Source: an uncultured Candidatus Saccharibacteria bacterium
GTDB taxonomy: Bacteria; Patescibacteriota; Minisyncoccia; 2-02-FULL-40-12
Length of the DNA stretch: 64,000 nt
Reading direction: 5' to 3'
Assembly (NCBI GenBank): GCA_964368135.1
Contig: CAYIZI010000001.1
Location: forward strand, 42,926 to 106,925
Numbering within the stretch: the stretch's first letter is position 1; each line of letters opens with the position of its first letter. Positions 63,138-64,000 of this stretch are shown one piece after another. The notes beneath the pieces were generated by a model. That model did not search any database and was not told the origin of the DNA. It worked only from the letters and a program-made list of their open reading frames with translations. The position numbers and the translations under genes were made by a program.

Positions 63138-63917
63138 TTAGTCAGCCCAGATAATAAAGGTGAATACCTTCTCGTTATTTCCGAGCTCATGGACATAAAG
63201 CGAAGTCCTGCCTTTTGAATCTTTTCGAAGCTCTTTACCCCATTCAGCCGCCTCTGCCCCATTACCATTTCCGAAGCGGTTAGAAACCGTCTGATTAATC
63301 GTGGTTATGGAATCAACATGGCTGTAAATTGCCTCAAGCTGTTCATAGTCGTGCGAATTGGGATGCTCGTTTGAAGGCGGACCATCTGGATCGCTGGTGT
63401 AGTCCATGCAGGTGCCGAGATTCGGATTCGAAAAGTTTTCATCTTGGTGATCAAGACCAAACTCATGACCAACTTCCTGGCACATTACCAGACGCCTCCA
63501 AGCTGGAGTATTATAGGCAGAAGTATCGAAGTAGTTATCATTCATCTTCACGGTACCTTGGACAATGTGGCTGCCGCTTACCCAAATTGAAGCAACCCCA
63601 AGCCAACCGTTAAAACCATATCTGTAGTTACAAACCTCAACGCGGCCATTCGTCGCTCGACACCTTCGAGGGGTCGTGCCGCCTCCAACAACTGTAGTAT
63701 TCAAGACACTTGATTTACTCCAGTCACTCGAGGCCTCGGCCAGATAGGCATCCCAGGCCGTGGAAACATTATCACCCAATTTCAGAGTAAAGGGATTGGC
63801 TGTCCGCGCCCAGTGGTAAGAACCCCATGAATGAAACGCATATGCCGCCGTCCCTGCTGTCAGAACCGCGATAAGAACCAAAAGTCCGACTGTTTTCCCG
63901 CGATAATTTGAAAACAT
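63138..63917 (-). CDS. Secreted putative zinc metalloprotease with an atypical zincin-like motif
   Basis: Signal peptide, Cys-rich core, MCQEVGHEFGLDHQDE motif (snapalysin-like HExGHxLGLxDH pattern with the third position shifted). Confidence 0.45.
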   Translation of the reverse strand: MFSNYRGKTVGLLVLIAVLTAGTAAYAFHSWGSYHWARTANPFTLKLGDNVSTAWDAYLAEASSDWSKSSVLNTTVVGGGTTPRRCRATNGRVEVCNYRYGFNGWLGVASIWVSGSHIVQGTVKMNDNYFDTSAYNTPAWRRLVMCQEVGHEFGLDHQDENFSNPNLGTCMDYTSDPDGPPSNEHPNSHDYEQLEAIYSHVDSITTINQTVSNRFGNGNGAEAAEWGKELRKDSKGRTSLYVHELGNNEKVFTFIIWAD

Positions 63918-64000
63918 AAATTATAAAGTTATGAAATAAAATTTAATTAATTTTCGACCCTGGTTTTATATTAGTGTCAATTATAGCAAATCTATAAATC

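Overview
This window looks like a fragment of a small, compact bacterial genome. Coding is almost entirely on the minus strand, many genes share ATGA/TTGA stop-start overlaps, and intergenic DNA is AT-rich. The standard genetic code applies: TGA terminates conserved genes. Several features point to a Patescibacteria/CPR-like organism, though this is inference from sequence alone: several housekeeping proteins are reduced or truncated (RF1 without domain 1, PilB without its N1 domain, a short TopA); the type IV pilus operon lacks PilM/N/O/Q; the cell-surface glycosylation machinery is unusually rich; no CRISPR, rRNA or tRNA genes were found.

Content in order along the window:
- 3-125: the 3' end of rpmE.
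- 169-906: prfA encoding RF1 domains 2-4 only.
- 1025-1675: hypothetical membrane protein.
- 1800-4033: rplY (L25/Ctc), then a standalone TM0106/RecB-like nuclease.
- 4033-7441: secD (no secF), fba, and a translationally coupled 425-aa hypothetical.
- 7513-8193: a FliA/WhiG-type sigma factor.
- 8414-12497: the block pfkB-like kinase, rpe, 2-hydroxyacid dehydrogenase, rpiB, trxB.
- 12561-14404: a small secreted protein divergent from a PMT-family GT-C mannosyltransferase.
- 14607-16813: NrdH-like glutaredoxin, a DUF763 protein, and an AAA_33 P-loop kinase split at a TTGA junction.
- 16937-17135: a ~200-nt palindromic structured element; a partial second copy lies at 22692-22751.
- 17160-22669: ClpC/ClpE-like ATPase with an N-terminal zinc ribbon, a small membrane protein, a Cas4-like Fe-S nuclease, and a Znu/Mnt-type ABC permease and ATPase.
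- 22832-24017: a divergent ClpP-like protease and a RelE/YafQ-DinJ toxin-antitoxin pair.
- 24137-28370: topA, dprA, pth, lepB.
- 28418-31781: SIMPL protein, a Trp-rich small ORF, DoxX-like protein and a CPH-type copper P-type ATPase.
- 31791-35579: secreted Gmad2 protein, GHL10-like protein, SDR oxidoreductase and a GH-like protein with a CarboxypepD_reg domain.
- 35581-51047: a ~15.5-kb all-minus-strand glycosylation supercluster (details below).
- 51147-52587: GNAT acetyltransferase, msrA, DUF192 protein.
- 52703-58503: a minimal type IV pilus operon: major pilin, three minor or pilin-like proteins including a 533-aa pilin-beta-propeller fusion, PilC, PilB.
- 58597-60501: DedA/VTT protein, a small GIY-YIG nuclease flanked by 31-nt repeats, and a membrane protein.
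- 60523-63917: Bcp peroxiredoxin, a hypothetical membrane protein, a small minus-strand membrane ORF, a 74-aa hypothetical, a DUF1059 protein, a hypothetical exported protein and a secreted zincin-like protein.

The glycosylation supercluster is the best candidate for an undescribed system. It encodes two GT-C glycosyltransferases, a GT4, two GT2s, a SAF-domain oxidoreductase, an RmlC-like epimerase, a GalE-like epimerase, RfbF, a PT-repeat secreted protein, and a 1558-aa fusion protein that combines a DPM1-like GT2, a processive QxxRW GT2, a Wzx-like flippase and a GT4. The pilin-propeller fusion in the pilus operon is a second candidate.
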